Assembly (NCBI GenBank): GCA_001643675.2
Contig: LSRY02000005.1
Span: 1,116,001 to 1,180,000 of the forward strand
From: Monocercomonoides exilis PA203
Lineage: Eukaryota > Protista > Preaxostyla
Reading direction: 5' to 3'
DNA length: 64,000 bases
The notes below the pieces were generated by a model that saw nothing but the letters and a program-made list of their open reading frames with translations, was not told where the DNA came from and ran no database searches. This document shows, in pieces, positions 51,441-62,650 of this stretch. The stretch's first letter is position 1. Every line of letters starts with the position of its first letter. Position numbers and translations under genes: made by a program.

Positions 51441-52026
51441 AAGCCAAAGATAGATTAGAAAAATCAGAAGAAGCGTCATAAAAAAGTGATGGAAATGTTT
51501 TGTGTGCATTTATGAATATTCAAAACCCATATTCAAACCGATGTTTTTTGTATAAAAAAAATGATTTCAATAGTTATTACCCTATGTTCAGATTTTGCAA
51601 ATGTGTTTGTTGGATTTTTTTTTCTATGCGATTTGATACATCTTGAAAAAATGGATTATTTGAATGTGTTAAATAGTGTTTTCAGAAATAAATAATGAAA
51701 TAAATAAAAGGGATAACTTCTCATTAAAATACGTGAATACAAAAAAATTAAACTAAGAGTTATCTCCATATCAAGGAAAATAAAATTGTAAAGTGATTGA
51801 TACTACGATCTGGGCACAGATACATAGACAATTCATATGCTTTAAAAGCATGAAAGATGTGAGAATGTTTTCCACAATTTCAGTTGTAATATTCACTTGA
51901 ATAACGATGTGGTCAAGTAAAATTGTATTTAAATTGTTCATCTTTTTCAAATAAAAATTTACAAATGCCGAAATCCTTAAATAGCTTTGTAATTACTTTT
52001 CATATAAATGTTTACATGTATGATAT

Positions 52027-54759
52027 TCACTCTTCATTCAATCCTCTTTTCGCAAATGACTTCTTCCCAAAAGTTCGCCACCAAAGCCCCAATATACTAC
52101 AAAAGAAGACAAATGCGATAATGATTGTTAAATAATCCCTTCCCACCCCAACAAAGGATGCAATTTCTCCACTCAAAATATACAGGTTGAATTCTTGGGT
52201 CAGTTTCCATTCATTATGCGATTTAACGCTTTTCCTACGAATAACAAGGACATTATTAGAAGAATCATAATGAAAAGTTGATGATCGCATGTCAGAAAAA
52301 AGAATAGCTGTCGTCTGCACATCTAATCCCAATATACGAATTTCATCTACAACCTGATTTGTAAAATATCCAAGTGATCGCGTAGATGCTCTGAATATTC
52401 GAACATTTTTTTTATGCTCAGAAAGCATTTCAAAATCAACAACTGTCTTTGCACAATCCCCTTTATCGTCCATCGAGTCTCCATCATCAACGGTTACTGA
52501 TCCTTTTGCTCTTCCATCATATCCTAATGCAACCACTACAGTCAGTGGACTGTTCCTCATATTCATGAGAGTTGAGTCTGTGTGGTTCTGCTTTGTGAAA
52601 ATATACCCTCCTCGAATGTGCACTGGTATTGTGCTTATGTTTGCTTTTATTGTGACATTAGAAACTCCTTCTGAACTCACTGTTAGGTTTATTCCTTCAA
52701 AAGGCGGACGGTCCTCTCTATTTTCGTTTGCGTCATTCACCTCTAATTCTTTAGCCTCCCTTCCGGTCCAGTAATCATACCACCTGCTATGAGGAAAATA
52801 GCAATCAGATACGAAATCGTTTTTTTCATCCAGAACAGGAGAAATTAGAAGCGCATCGCCAAGCATCGCTTGCTTGTCTATCTTCCTGCAATTCACATCT
52901 TCTGGGAATTCCATTGCAAGCGGACGGACCATTGGAATCCCTTCGTCATGAGACTGATGCATCAAAGTATACCAGTAGCTCTGAATTTTTTGTCTTTCTC
53001 TCAAAAATTTGAGATTGTACGATGAAAATGGCTCACCAAAACGGTAAAATTCTTGAGGACGCGTGCCCCATGCCCTGTGATTTCTGAAAAAGGGATATAA
53101 AAAAGTTGCAGTCGAAACCCAGCGAGTGAAAAGCCGGCTATCTGCATTTTTGTAAAACCCTGCAACATCGCACCCAACAAACGGCAATCCAAACAACCCT
53201 GATGAAAGAATCCCGCTTATAGAATCATAAAGATCGGAAGAGTTTGCCTCGTTATCGCCAAGCCAGATAAAATTCGTTTTCCCGCTACCAGCATAAGAGG
53301 CACGCGATAATATAAACGGGCGTTTGCCTGGATAAACATTTTGGAGAGACTTTGAAGTATGCAAGTTTTCATAATGAGCGTATAGATTGTGAGTTAAATA
53401 ATAAGGACCCATTTCCGTCAACGCATCTGGAGGAGGTGCCTGTACATTCAGAACATCAGGAATCCAAGCATACTTCGTTTCTTCTTCGTCCTTTTCGCAT
53501 TCTCCCTTGCAAAAATTAGAAATTTCATTCATATCGGTCCACAGGCCATCCAATGACAGCTCCCGGACAAACCTTTCTATCCATTGGATCCAGTATGCCT
53601 CGCCTTGCTTTGAAGTGAAATCTGGAAAAATTGTTCTGCCAGGCCAAACTTTACCAATAAAAGGTTTGTTTGTTCGATTGAGAATGTATCCTTTGCTTTT
53701 GATAAGATCATCATATGGCCTGTAGCCTTCCTCCACTTTAACGCCTGGATCAATAATTGCAACGTAATGAATTCCTCGATTTTTTTTTATGTCTTTGATA
53801 AATTCAACAAATTCTTCTCTAGGATATTTCTCTGGATCTGTTGTGAACAATTTCTTTTCATCCATATAATCAATATCCGCCCACATAACATCCAGAGGAA
53901 ATCCGTTCTTTTCGTAATCTTTAACAACTTCTTTCACCACACTTAGATTCTTGTAGCCCCAAGCACATTGGTGGATTCCTGTTGCCCACTGAGGCACAAG
54001 AGCAGGCTTTCCGATCAAATCTGTGTATTGTTTTATAACATCTTTCATCGTTGGTCCCAGGAAAATAAAAAAATCCAATCTTTCACCTGCCATTGCTCGA
54101 TACGTCATCCAACCGTTTTGTAATTCAACTTGCATAGGTGCACTGTTGAAGAAAAAAATGCCATGAGACTTTCCATCTGGGCGAACTTCAATGTGGAATG
54201 GATGATATCCATAAAGATTTTGATCGTCAGCTGGAGTTCCTCTATCAGCAGAATTAATTGTATAATTAAATGGATATTTCAAAGCAAATCTAGAACGCCT
54301 TTGCCCAAGTCCATAAATTACAGGATCATTTCCGATTGTAGTTGTTAATGATAAAAATTGATCTTCAAAGACCAAAGGATGTTCCCTTCGGAGGGAATGC
54401 GTATCAAAAATAATCTCTCCCGAATCTTTTCTTTTTATCATTATCCCTCCATTTTCTGGAAATTCAAAATCATATTGCGCATTTTTTATTGATTTTTGAG
54501 TTTCTGAATCTTGTAGAACACCAGGAATACTTACATATTCTTTTTGTGGATCGTAAAATTGCACACGAACGCAATTTTCTGTTACGTTAATTATTTCAAA
54601 ATCTATTTCTTTTGGATCAGGTGGATATGGACCTTTTCCTGAAACAAGAGAAAACGTTCCCTTAAAGCCCAGATTCGTTTTCTGCATGGATCTCGAATAA
54701 ATTAGATCATGTGTTGAGTAAATAGACAATAGTAAAATCAACAATAGATCAATTGCCAT
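52027..54759 (-). CDS. GH31 alpha-glucosidase with signal peptide and C-terminal TM anchor, intronless
   Basis: NLYGYHPF, DIDYMD, IIDPG, GKVWPG, LWTDMNE (nucleophile), HNLY, WLGDN (acid/base) and PFFRNH. Confidence 0.95.
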   Translation of the reverse strand: MAIDLLLILLLSIYSTHDLIYSRSMQKTNLGFKGTFSLVSGKGPYPPDPKEIDFEIINVTENCVRVQFYDPQKEYVSIPGVLQDSETQKSIKNAQYDFEFPENGGIMIKRKDSGEIIFDTHSLRREHPLVFEDQFLSLTTTIGNDPVIYGLGQRRSRFALKYPFNYTINSADRGTPADDQNLYGYHPFHIEVRPDGKSHGIFFFNSAPMQVELQNGWMTYRAMAGERLDFFIFLGPTMKDVIKQYTDLIGKPALVPQWATGIHQCAWGYKNLSVVKEVVKDYEKNGFPLDVMWADIDYMDEKKLFTTDPEKYPREEFVEFIKDIKKNRGIHYVAIIDPGVKVEEGYRPYDDLIKSKGYILNRTNKPFIGKVWPGRTIFPDFTSKQGEAYWIQWIERFVRELSLDGLWTDMNEISNFCKGECEKDEEETKYAWIPDVLNVQAPPPDALTEMGPYYLTHNLYAHYENLHTSKSLQNVYPGKRPFILSRASYAGSGKTNFIWLGDNEANSSDLYDSISGILSSGLFGLPFVGCDVAGFYKNADSRLFTRWVSTATFLYPFFRNHRAWGTRPQEFYRFGEPFSSYNLKFLRERQKIQSYWYTLMHQSHDEGIPMVRPLAMEFPEDVNCRKIDKQAMLGDALLISPVLDEKNDFVSDCYFPHSRWYDYWTGREAKELEVNDANENREDRPPFEGINLTVSSEGVSNVTIKANISTIPVHIRGGYIFTKQNHTDSTLMNMRNSPLTVVVALGYDGRAKGSVTVDDGDSMDDKGDCAKTVVDFEMLSEHKKNVRIFRASTRSLGYFTNQVVDEIRILGLDVQTTAILFSDMRSSTFHYDSSNNVLVIRRKSVKSHNEWKLTQEFNLYILSGEIASFVGVGRDYLTIIIAFVFFCSILGLWWRTFGKKSFAKRGLNEE

Positions 54760-54966
54760 CCTCACAACTACAATCAGAAATTATCGAAAGATCTACATTT
54801 GTGAAATAAATATTCTTTGCAATTAAATCCTTGTTCAATTTCACATATGTAAAATCCGATACAATTTTATATAAACTAGCATTATGTAATCATCCAGATT
54901 TATAAAAATCAATAAAATTATTCAAAAAACTCCTCAAAAATGTAATCAAACATGTAGAAAAATAAC

Positions 54967-57900
54967 TTATCCCTTATTACAGAGATCAACGATTTGATTC
55001 AATGCCTCGAGATCTGGAACACCTCCGTACATCATTAAAGAACGCAATGGTGTCATTTCAGCCCATTTCCCCATTATTTTATAATTAGCTTCTTTTGTTG
55101 GTGCGAGCATGATCTCTTCGCTCATCGAGTTTACAACCTTTTCAAATAGCTTTTTCCCTTCTTCTGTTTCTTTCACTTCACCAAGCGACGTGTGAATAGT
55201 AAACTCGCCTGGTTCTACTTTCTTATTGCCGATAATCCTTTTTGACACATCGTCCATCATCAGAAGGGCAGAAAAGAGAGGCTGCTTCCAATCATTCGAC
55301 GTTATCCTCCCGTAGCAGCCACACGGATCAAGCACCATCGCATTGGCAACCGGTGGATATTCTGCAACAGCCAGCAACGACGAATCCTCCTCTTCTTTCT
55401 CTTCTCCTTTTTCTTCTCCCTTTCCTTTGCCCTCTTTGCCCTCTTTGCCATCTTTTCCGTCTTTGAAGCTAAACTTCCACACCCTTCTGGATGTGTTCTT
55501 GTGTGCTGTGGTGAAGCAGATGCAGTCGCGGAGTGGCAAACAGCGGGAGCTCCCGCCGACTTTGAAGATGTACTCGCCACTTTCCAAGAGGCGTCTCTTC
55601 AGCAGCGGGTGGTAGTAGCACAGCTCCTCTGCGCTGACTGCAAGCTGCACAGCTCTTTTCTCGCCTGGCTGGAGCTGCTTCACTTTTGTAAATGCTTTCA
55701 GTTCGTGGAACGGCTGCGGGATGGTCGAGGAGTGCTTGTGCGACACATACAGCTGCGCCACTTCATCCACTGCGTATTTGCCTGTGTTCCTAATAGAAAA
55801 ACTAACGATGATTGTGGGATAAGTTGATGTTGCAGTCGAAGAAGAAGGAGAAGAAGGAGAAGTAGTAGAGGATGATGATGACGACGACGATGAAGACGAA
55901 GAAGAAAGAGAAGAGCACATCGAAGTCAAATTAGATTCATGAACAGGACCAGCAACAGTAACCTTCATGTCTTCATAGACAACGCTACTGTAAGTCAGCC
56001 CGAACCCAAACGGAAACAGCACGTTTCCTTCCAAAGGCTCCTTCTTCATCGCCTCTTCTACACTGCAGGCAAAGTCAAAGTTCTCGTCGTCGTCGCCTGC
56101 CACCAGCGAGTCGTAATACCGATAGCCCACATAGAACGACTCGCTGTATGTGACCTCCTGCGGCCCCATCGGAAATACGCGGTAGGTTGGCGTCGAATCC
56201 ACAGAAAGCGGCCATGTTTCGCTCAGCCGCCCCGCAGGAGAAGTGACGACGAATGGGGCAGACGCAACAGGCGCAGAAGACGCATTAGACGCAGCAGGTG
56301 CAGCAGGCACCCATTCAGCCTGCTCTCTTTTGTGGATGAACAACATGCGAGCGAGTGCTTCGCCGTAGCCTTCTCCCGCCAAATGACAGCACACCACAGA
56401 GTCCACGTCGCGCAGCCACGGCAGAAGAACAGGCGATCCCACACACAAAACAACACATATGCGAAGCTTTAAGTAAGATGAACTGCCTTCAGTTGAAGAA
56501 GAAGAAGAAGAAGAAGAAGAAGAAGAAGATGATGATGATGATGATGATGATGATTTCGAGCTACAATTCAAATCTTTCCATGCTTTTTTAATCTGAATGA
56601 TTTCTGCAATCAATTCATTTTGGGAAGCAGGCAAATCTAAATTCTCCCTGTCAAATCCCTCAGACTCATCAGCCTCGTCCATTCCCGCAAAAAACACAAG
56701 ATCAACACTTTTATGCTTTTCTTGCTTCGTTTTGAGAATATCTAGCACTTCTTCTCTTCTCTTCGCCAGCTCACTCTCATACTCAATCCCTTCTTTGGTG
56801 CCTGCACAGCTTCCGCAGTACCCGCGGCAATACTCAAAAGCAGCGCCTCTTTTCTCCAAAGCCTCCACAAACGTCTGCTTCTCACGTGGGCGTACAATTG
56901 AACTGCCGCAGCCCTGGAAACGCGGGTGATCATGGGCAAATTCTCCCACAGCAATCAAATCAGGAGCAGGCTCATTTTTGCTGTCTGAGTCTTCCTCAGC
57001 TCCAGGGAAGTCAATGAAGGTTGAGAGTGGAAGCATGCTGCGATCATTCTTCATCAGCACCGTTCCTTGGATGGCTGCTTCGATGGCAAGGTTGTGATGT
57101 GCCTTCCAGTTGCATTTCGCTATTTTTTCTTGGTCAATTGCATCTTTCACAGAAGAGTGGCTGAATTTCTTTACAAGCTTTAGAACATTTGCACATGCGC
57201 TGTCAAGATCCTTTTCATCAAGGGCTCCAGATTTGACTGCATCAACTATTGATTTGTCTCTTATTCCATTAGATGAAGGCATTTCAAGATCCAGCCCTGA
57301 TCTTATACCTTTAACTCGATCTACAACTGCTCCCCAATCAGAAACCACACATCCATCAAATCCAAACTTTTGCCTAAGTACTTCCGATAGCAAAAACTTG
57401 TTTTCGCTGCTAAGTGTACCATTTATACGATTGTAACTACACATTATTGAAGCAGGTCTTGCGTTCTTCACTGCAATCTCAAAAGGCCGAAAATAAATAT
57501 CATGAAGTGCTCTGTCATCAGCTGCTGCACTGATATTAAGTCTGTATGTTTCTTGATTATTTACAGCAAAGTGTTTTAAGCATGAAGCAATCCCAACTGA
57601 CTGACATCCATTGATAAAACTCGAAGCAATGCTTCCTGCTAAAAGTGGATCTTCTGAATAATACTCAAAGTTTCTTCCACCAAGAGGAGATCTCTTGATA
57701 TTTATTGCTGGTCCAAGAATCATTCCTATGTTATATGCGTTGCATTCTTCTCCAATCGCCTCTCCAACTTTCGATACTATTTCAAGATCCCAAGTACTCG
57801 CAAGAGATGATGCTGTTGGAAAGCAGGTTGATGGCAACGTTGGCTCTTTAGTTCTGAGTTCTGGATCGGGATTTTCAAAGCGCACTCCATGCGGTCCATC

Positions 57901-58023
57901 TGACATTCGGAGAGGAGGAATTCCAGCATGAATAATCGATTTTGTATTCCAATTATCCGCTCCGCTGCATAAGCAAGCCTTTTCTTCGATTGTTAACTTT
58001 TTCAATATTAATTCGACTTCCAT
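54967..58023 (-). CDS. GH3 beta-glucosidase with Fn3-like domain, bacterial-type, intronless
   Basis: MSDGPHGVR, GRNFEYYSEDP, LKHFAVNNQE, MCSYNRING, VVSDWGA (nucleophile), ESEGFDR, YVGYRYYD, LFPFGFGLTY, EVAQLYV and ELKAFTKV. Confidence 0.96.
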   Translation of the reverse strand: MEVELILKKLTIEEKACLCSGADNWNTKSIIHAGIPPLRMSDGPHGVRFENPDPELRTKEPTLPSTCFPTASSLASTWDLEIVSKVGEAIGEECNAYNIGMILGPAINIKRSPLGGRNFEYYSEDPLLAGSIASSFINGCQSVGIASCLKHFAVNNQETYRLNISAAADDRALHDIYFRPFEIAVKNARPASIMCSYNRINGTLSSENKFLLSEVLRQKFGFDGCVVSDWGAVVDRVKGIRSGLDLEMPSSNGIRDKSIVDAVKSGALDEKDLDSACANVLKLVKKFSHSSVKDAIDQEKIAKCNWKAHHNLAIEAAIQGTVLMKNDRSMLPLSTFIDFPGAEEDSDSKNEPAPDLIAVGEFAHDHPRFQGCGSSIVRPREKQTFVEALEKRGAAFEYCRGYCGSCAGTKEGIEYESELAKRREEVLDILKTKQEKHKSVDLVFFAGMDEADESEGFDRENLDLPASQNELIAEIIQIKKAWKDLNCSSKSSSSSSSSSSSSSSSSSSSSTEGSSSYLKLRICVVLCVGSPVLLPWLRDVDSVVCCHLAGEGYGEALARMLFIHKREQAEWVPAAPAASNASSAPVASAPFVVTSPAGRLSETWPLSVDSTPTYRVFPMGPQEVTYSESFYVGYRYYDSLVAGDDDENFDFACSVEEAMKKEPLEGNVLFPFGFGLTYSSVVYEDMKVTVAGPVHESNLTSMCSSLSSSSSSSSSSSSSTTSPSSPSSSTATSTYPTIIVSFSIRNTGKYAVDEVAQLYVSHKHSSTIPQPFHELKAFTKVKQLQPGEKRAVQLAVSAEELCYYHPLLKRRLLESGEYIFKVGGSSRCLPLRDCICFTTAHKNTSRRVWKFSFKDGKDGKEGKEGKGKGEEKGEEKEEEDSSLLAVAEYPPVANAMVLDPCGCYGRITSNDWKQPLFSALLMMDDVSKRIIGNKKVEPGEFTIHTSLGEVKETEEGKKLFEKVVNSMSEEIMLAPTKEANYKIMGKWAEMTPLRSLMMYGGVPDLEALNQIVDLCNKG

Positions 58024-60091
58024 TTCATAAAACCTGAATTATATTTTATGATAGTGCACAAATTATTTTCTATTCCTTCCAAGAAATATGAAAAACGATC
58101 AACGAATAGAAAAATATTATTTATTATATCTGAGATCGAAAAACGAATGAATAATTACAAAAGAACAAAAGCTTCACTCTCTCAAAAAATTGTTTCATAT
58201 ATAATTCTAAAAAATCATTTGCATTTTTCTGATAACTGCAGGCAATTGGATGATAATTTCAAAAAAGAAATTTCATAGTTTCAATCTATAAATTTAATTG
58301 TGACTCATTGAAATTTTGTTGAAAATCAGAAGCTTATAATACTATTATGTCACGCACTTGTGAATGAAATGGAAACGAAAGAAAAAACAAAATTAAATTG
58401 TTTGCTTTCAAACATTAAAATTTCGTGTTATTTTTGACCTATTTCATTATTCGAGATATTATTATTCTGAGAACACAAAAAAGAATCACTCATTTGAACA
58501 TATTTATTATTCAAAAAGCTATTCATGGTTTAATATTGGAGATTTTCTAGAATATGTGTTAATTTTTAGAACATATATGATGAGCGAGCTTTTGATTTGA
58601 ATTTTTTAGCGAATGATACACATGACAATAATTATCTTTATTGAAAAAATAATAAACGGAACTTCTTTAACAGTAACCAATTATGTTTTCGAGATTATTT
58701 TTTCCATCATTTATATCTAATGAAAAAAAATTTTTTTTGTTCTATTTTTTCATTTTAAGATTTTTCTGATGAGAGAAACAAATAGAGAATTATGAAGCAC
58801 AAGAGTCGAAAGTCACACCACTGATTCGTTTGAAGTCAATAAAGTTACATAGGCTCAAAATTTTTCGAATAAAAGAGGCTCAAATTAATCGGAACCAAAA
58901 AATAAATCGAGTCCAAAAATTTCAGGATCCTCGAGCACTTTCAAGTGGAAAAAAAAATAATAGGAAACCTTCAAAACATTAGAATATTCAATTTTCGAGA
59001 ATGTTTTTTGATTTTGGTTTTTTGTGCAACGATTTGGTATTTTTTGTTTTAATTTTAAGATCAAAGATTTGCTCTTATTTCAACAAGCTTTTTGTTCAAA
59101 TTATTTTGAATATTCTTCTTATTACTGAACCTGGTTTTTAAATGCTTTTGGTTATTTTTTGTTATTGAACACTTCTTTTTTTATTATTTTTTGCATTTAA
59201 CAATATTTGATCCTTCTATTTGAAAAGTTGCAAATGTTTAATAACCGGGCTAAATAAAACTGAACCGCATTAGATAATTTTTGGTGATAGATCAATCATA
59301 TTTCTCCAGAATACACTTTTTTTTAACATCAAATAGGTTTATGATTTTTATTTGCGATATGATAAAGTTTGATTTTGTTTGAATTCATTTCTGTATGAAA
59401 ATTTCAAAAAAGTTTGATTCAATTTTGTAAAAGATGAATCGTCAATGAATGAAGCCATTGGAGAAGTGAATTGATTCTGAGTGCTGGGTTTGAAAGTTGT
59501 TTTTGTTAGTTAATGATTCAGCAAAAATAAATGTTCAAACTTTTTCTGATTGAGTAAATATTATGTTTATTCTTTGAAAATAGTTATTACGAATTGATAG
59601 AAAAGTGCTCACGATTTTTTTCAGTGTTTTGTTCACTTCATTATTCGAATTTGAAAGTTAAACATCTCTAAGCAATTATTTCCTCTGATAATGAATAATA
59701 AGAAGTTACGAACTGTATTTATATTGGAAAAACATTTGTATTGGAGAATTTCAAAAGAAATATTACAACCTCCGTATTTTTGAATTATAAATTCTCTGTG
59801 TGATTTTTCTATTTTTAGATTTTATCATTTCTCAAACAATTTTTTATTTAATAAATACAATTTTTATTCTTTGAATAGAAATATTACGAATTATAAAAGA
59901 AGTATCAACAATTTCCACAATGTTTTATTCACCACATAACTCAAATTAAAAAGTTTTAACTTCGCAAGGTTAATTATTCTTTTGATTATAAACGAGAAAT
60001 AACGAATTGTATTTTGATTGGATTTTCATCTGCCTTTATATATTTTTTTAAAAATACGACATCCACCATATCAGTGAAATATTATTAATAT

Positions 60092-60331
60092 GAGTAATTC
60101 TTTTTGAAAAGTCGCAAATGTTTAATATTCGAATAAATCAAAATTTTCATATTTTGCTCAAATGACTGTTTCCACTAACAAATCTTCTTAAGAATGTTTG
60201 AAATAGCATTATCCAGAAATAGATACTATATTAGCGAAGTCTGGTATATGTTAACATAAAATTGAGCAAAATATGAAAATTTTGATTTATTCGAATATTA
60301 AACATTTGCGACTTTTCAAAAAGAATTACCA
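60092..60331. mobile_element. Hairpin MITE (240 bp) with 68-bp perfect inverted arms
   Basis: 60094-60161 is the exact reverse complement of 60262-60329. ATAT lies on both flanks (60088-60091, 60332-60335). Confidence 0.85.
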
Positions 60332-60376
60332 ATATAAATATTTTGCGAGATTTTTTAATCAAAAATTTCTTCATTT

Positions 60377-60643
60377 GGGTGAAAATCAAGACTTTCAAGC
60401 TTTTTTTGCGCAAAGCACTAAAAAGTTGCTTTAATCATATCTTAAATTCACTTTCTCTGATTTCAAAATAAATTTGATTTCCATATCCATTAATAGGCAT
60501 CGTTGAAATCAAAACATAAAGTTTCCCAATATTTCACGAATGTCAAAAAATTGACCCAATTTTATTGTGTTTTTTGATCTTAAAAAGTTAATAAAAAGTG
60601 CATAATTTTTCAATGAAAATACCAGAAGCAAAATATTTTGACC
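60377..60643. mobile_element. MITE family A, copy 3
   Basis: Aligns with 5717-5983 and 13319-13586. Ends GGGTGAAAAT...TATTTTGACC; 4-bp TSD ATTT (60373-60376, 60644-60647). Confidence 0.88.
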
Positions 60644-60839
60644 ATTTTAATGAACAAATTTTTTTTTTAAATTCAAAAACAAACTGATTAATATATGCTT
60701 CTTGGCTTTCTGTTAAAAAATTGTGAAATTGAAAAATAAACGAATATATTCTTTTTGAATAAAAAAACAAAAATGTCTGTTCACAAATCCACTTTTTTCA
60801 AGAACTCGAGGCTAGACTTCGTTTTCTACGTGCATTATT

Positions 60840-61740
60840 GATCTTCTCATAACATGTGGTGATATTTCTTTTGATGCCTTCAATGAAGAAGCAATTGAAT
60901 GATCTTCTCCTTCCTATGTGAGCGAAGTTTCTTTAGCCTTTTCCTTCCATATGCTAAAGATGTTATCGATAGGATTTCGTTCCGGTGAATATGCTGCGTT
61001 GTGTAAAGCAAAATGCCCAGCTTCTCAAATAGTTTCATTCGTATGAACATGGTGACTCGAAGTATTATCCATCACAACAACGGATGAATCTTTATTCTTA
61101 ATAGTCATTTGAAACCTTTTCAAATATGATTAGAAAATATCATGATTGACAGACCCTCGAATCAGCTCAGCGTAGCTCATCCCATCGTGTGATATTGACG
61201 TTATTGCTGTCAAAGACTGAGTAATTGGAGGAAGTGGTTTAGGTTGCTTTTGTCTCTTTTTGGTTCAGTCATATCTTCTGATGCAATTGATATTCCATGA
61301 AGTTTTGTCCATGTGAAATATTCTCGTTCTATCCTTTTTATAGTGAAAAAACTGATTCACAAAATTGATTCGTAATTATTCATTTTCTTCTGAATTTAAC
61401 ACAGAAAGCCTTATTGTTATTCTTTTAAAAGAAAATAAAGAAAATTATATTTGATCATAATTGGATTCAGAAAATATTAGGTGAACAGATATTTTTCCTT
61501 TTTAAAACACAGTCAGAGATAATTCTTTTTCAATTTGTCTCACATATGTCAGAGGATAAGTTTAAATTTTTCTCTCAAAATTATGTTGCAGATTTCATTG
61601 TTCACCTTTATTTTCTTTTTGGTCAAGTGGTAAAGAAATATCGATTCCGATTCGAAGCTTTACTAAATATTTCGATGTTGTAATTGGAGTTAATGTGCAT
61701 TGTTTTGTATAACAATATTCCGTTTTCTGCTAGCCATGAA
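60840..61740 (-). pseudogene. Degraded IS630/Tc1/mariner transposase
   Basis: Minus-strand fragments FHMDKTSWNI (D1), SLTAITSISHDG..YAELIRGSVN, VVMDNTSSH (D2) and AAYSPERNPIDNIFSIWK (third catalytic site), with in-frame stops. 5' boundary approximate. Confidence 0.8.
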
Positions 61741-62650
61741 TCCTATATTATTCTGGTATTTTTTTGGCATAGGTGTATTTAAGGTACATTCCCAATACTT
61801 GGTTATTTTTTAAAACGTTGTGATAAATACAAAGCATATTTAATAATAAAACATTTGTATGGACTGGAATTTTGAGATTCATTTTGATCCTTGAGAAAAA
61901 TCAATTTTTAAAAATCACCCATAAAAATGAGTATTTTTTCAAAAAATAAATAAAACAAGATAATTATGAAATGTAAAGTGGATGAAAGGTCATTATTTAT
62001 TATATTGTCCTATTTTAATAATAAAAACATGAGAAATAAAACATAAAAAAAATAAATAAAAAAATATAATCAATATGATCAATCCCACAATTAAAATATT
62101 AATATCCAAAAAATAAGAAATTAGTTTCTTTTGTCGTAAATTGAACCTCAGCTTGCGAACATAAGATAAATCAAATGGATAGAAGTTTTATAAAAGTGTG
62201 CACTGAGTGATTATTAACATTTCATTCAATTCTTTATTATATTTGATTATGATTTTAAAGCTGATTGTTTTTGTGCAGTTGGAGGTTATCAATGTTATGC
62301 CATGATGATCATGAAAAAAGACGCACCGACAAAGTGTATGAATCATTTTTTCTAAATTAAATTTATTTAATTATGTGTTCAGACTTTACAAGTTGAATTT
62401 CGAAATATTTCAGATGAATCATTGTTGAACGTTGAAAATGAAATAATAGCCAACGCTTTTGCTGTTTCATTTCAGAGGAGAAGGGAGAAGCATATTTGGC
62501 TGCGAAGAAAATTTGAGATAACATTTCGCATTTTTTTATTTGAAATTCTGCAGTCACTGAGAAAATGTTAAAGAAGATAGTTTTATTGATTCCTTCAACA
62601 GGCTATCTTTGATCAGTGAAATAATTAGATTCAAACATTTTATTTTATAA

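Noticed and set aside
58766-58780. CTGATGAGAGAAAC hammerhead-like core (also CTGATGAG at 41703)
   Set aside because: No room for stem II at 58766, no downstream GAAA at 41703, and no supporting stems.
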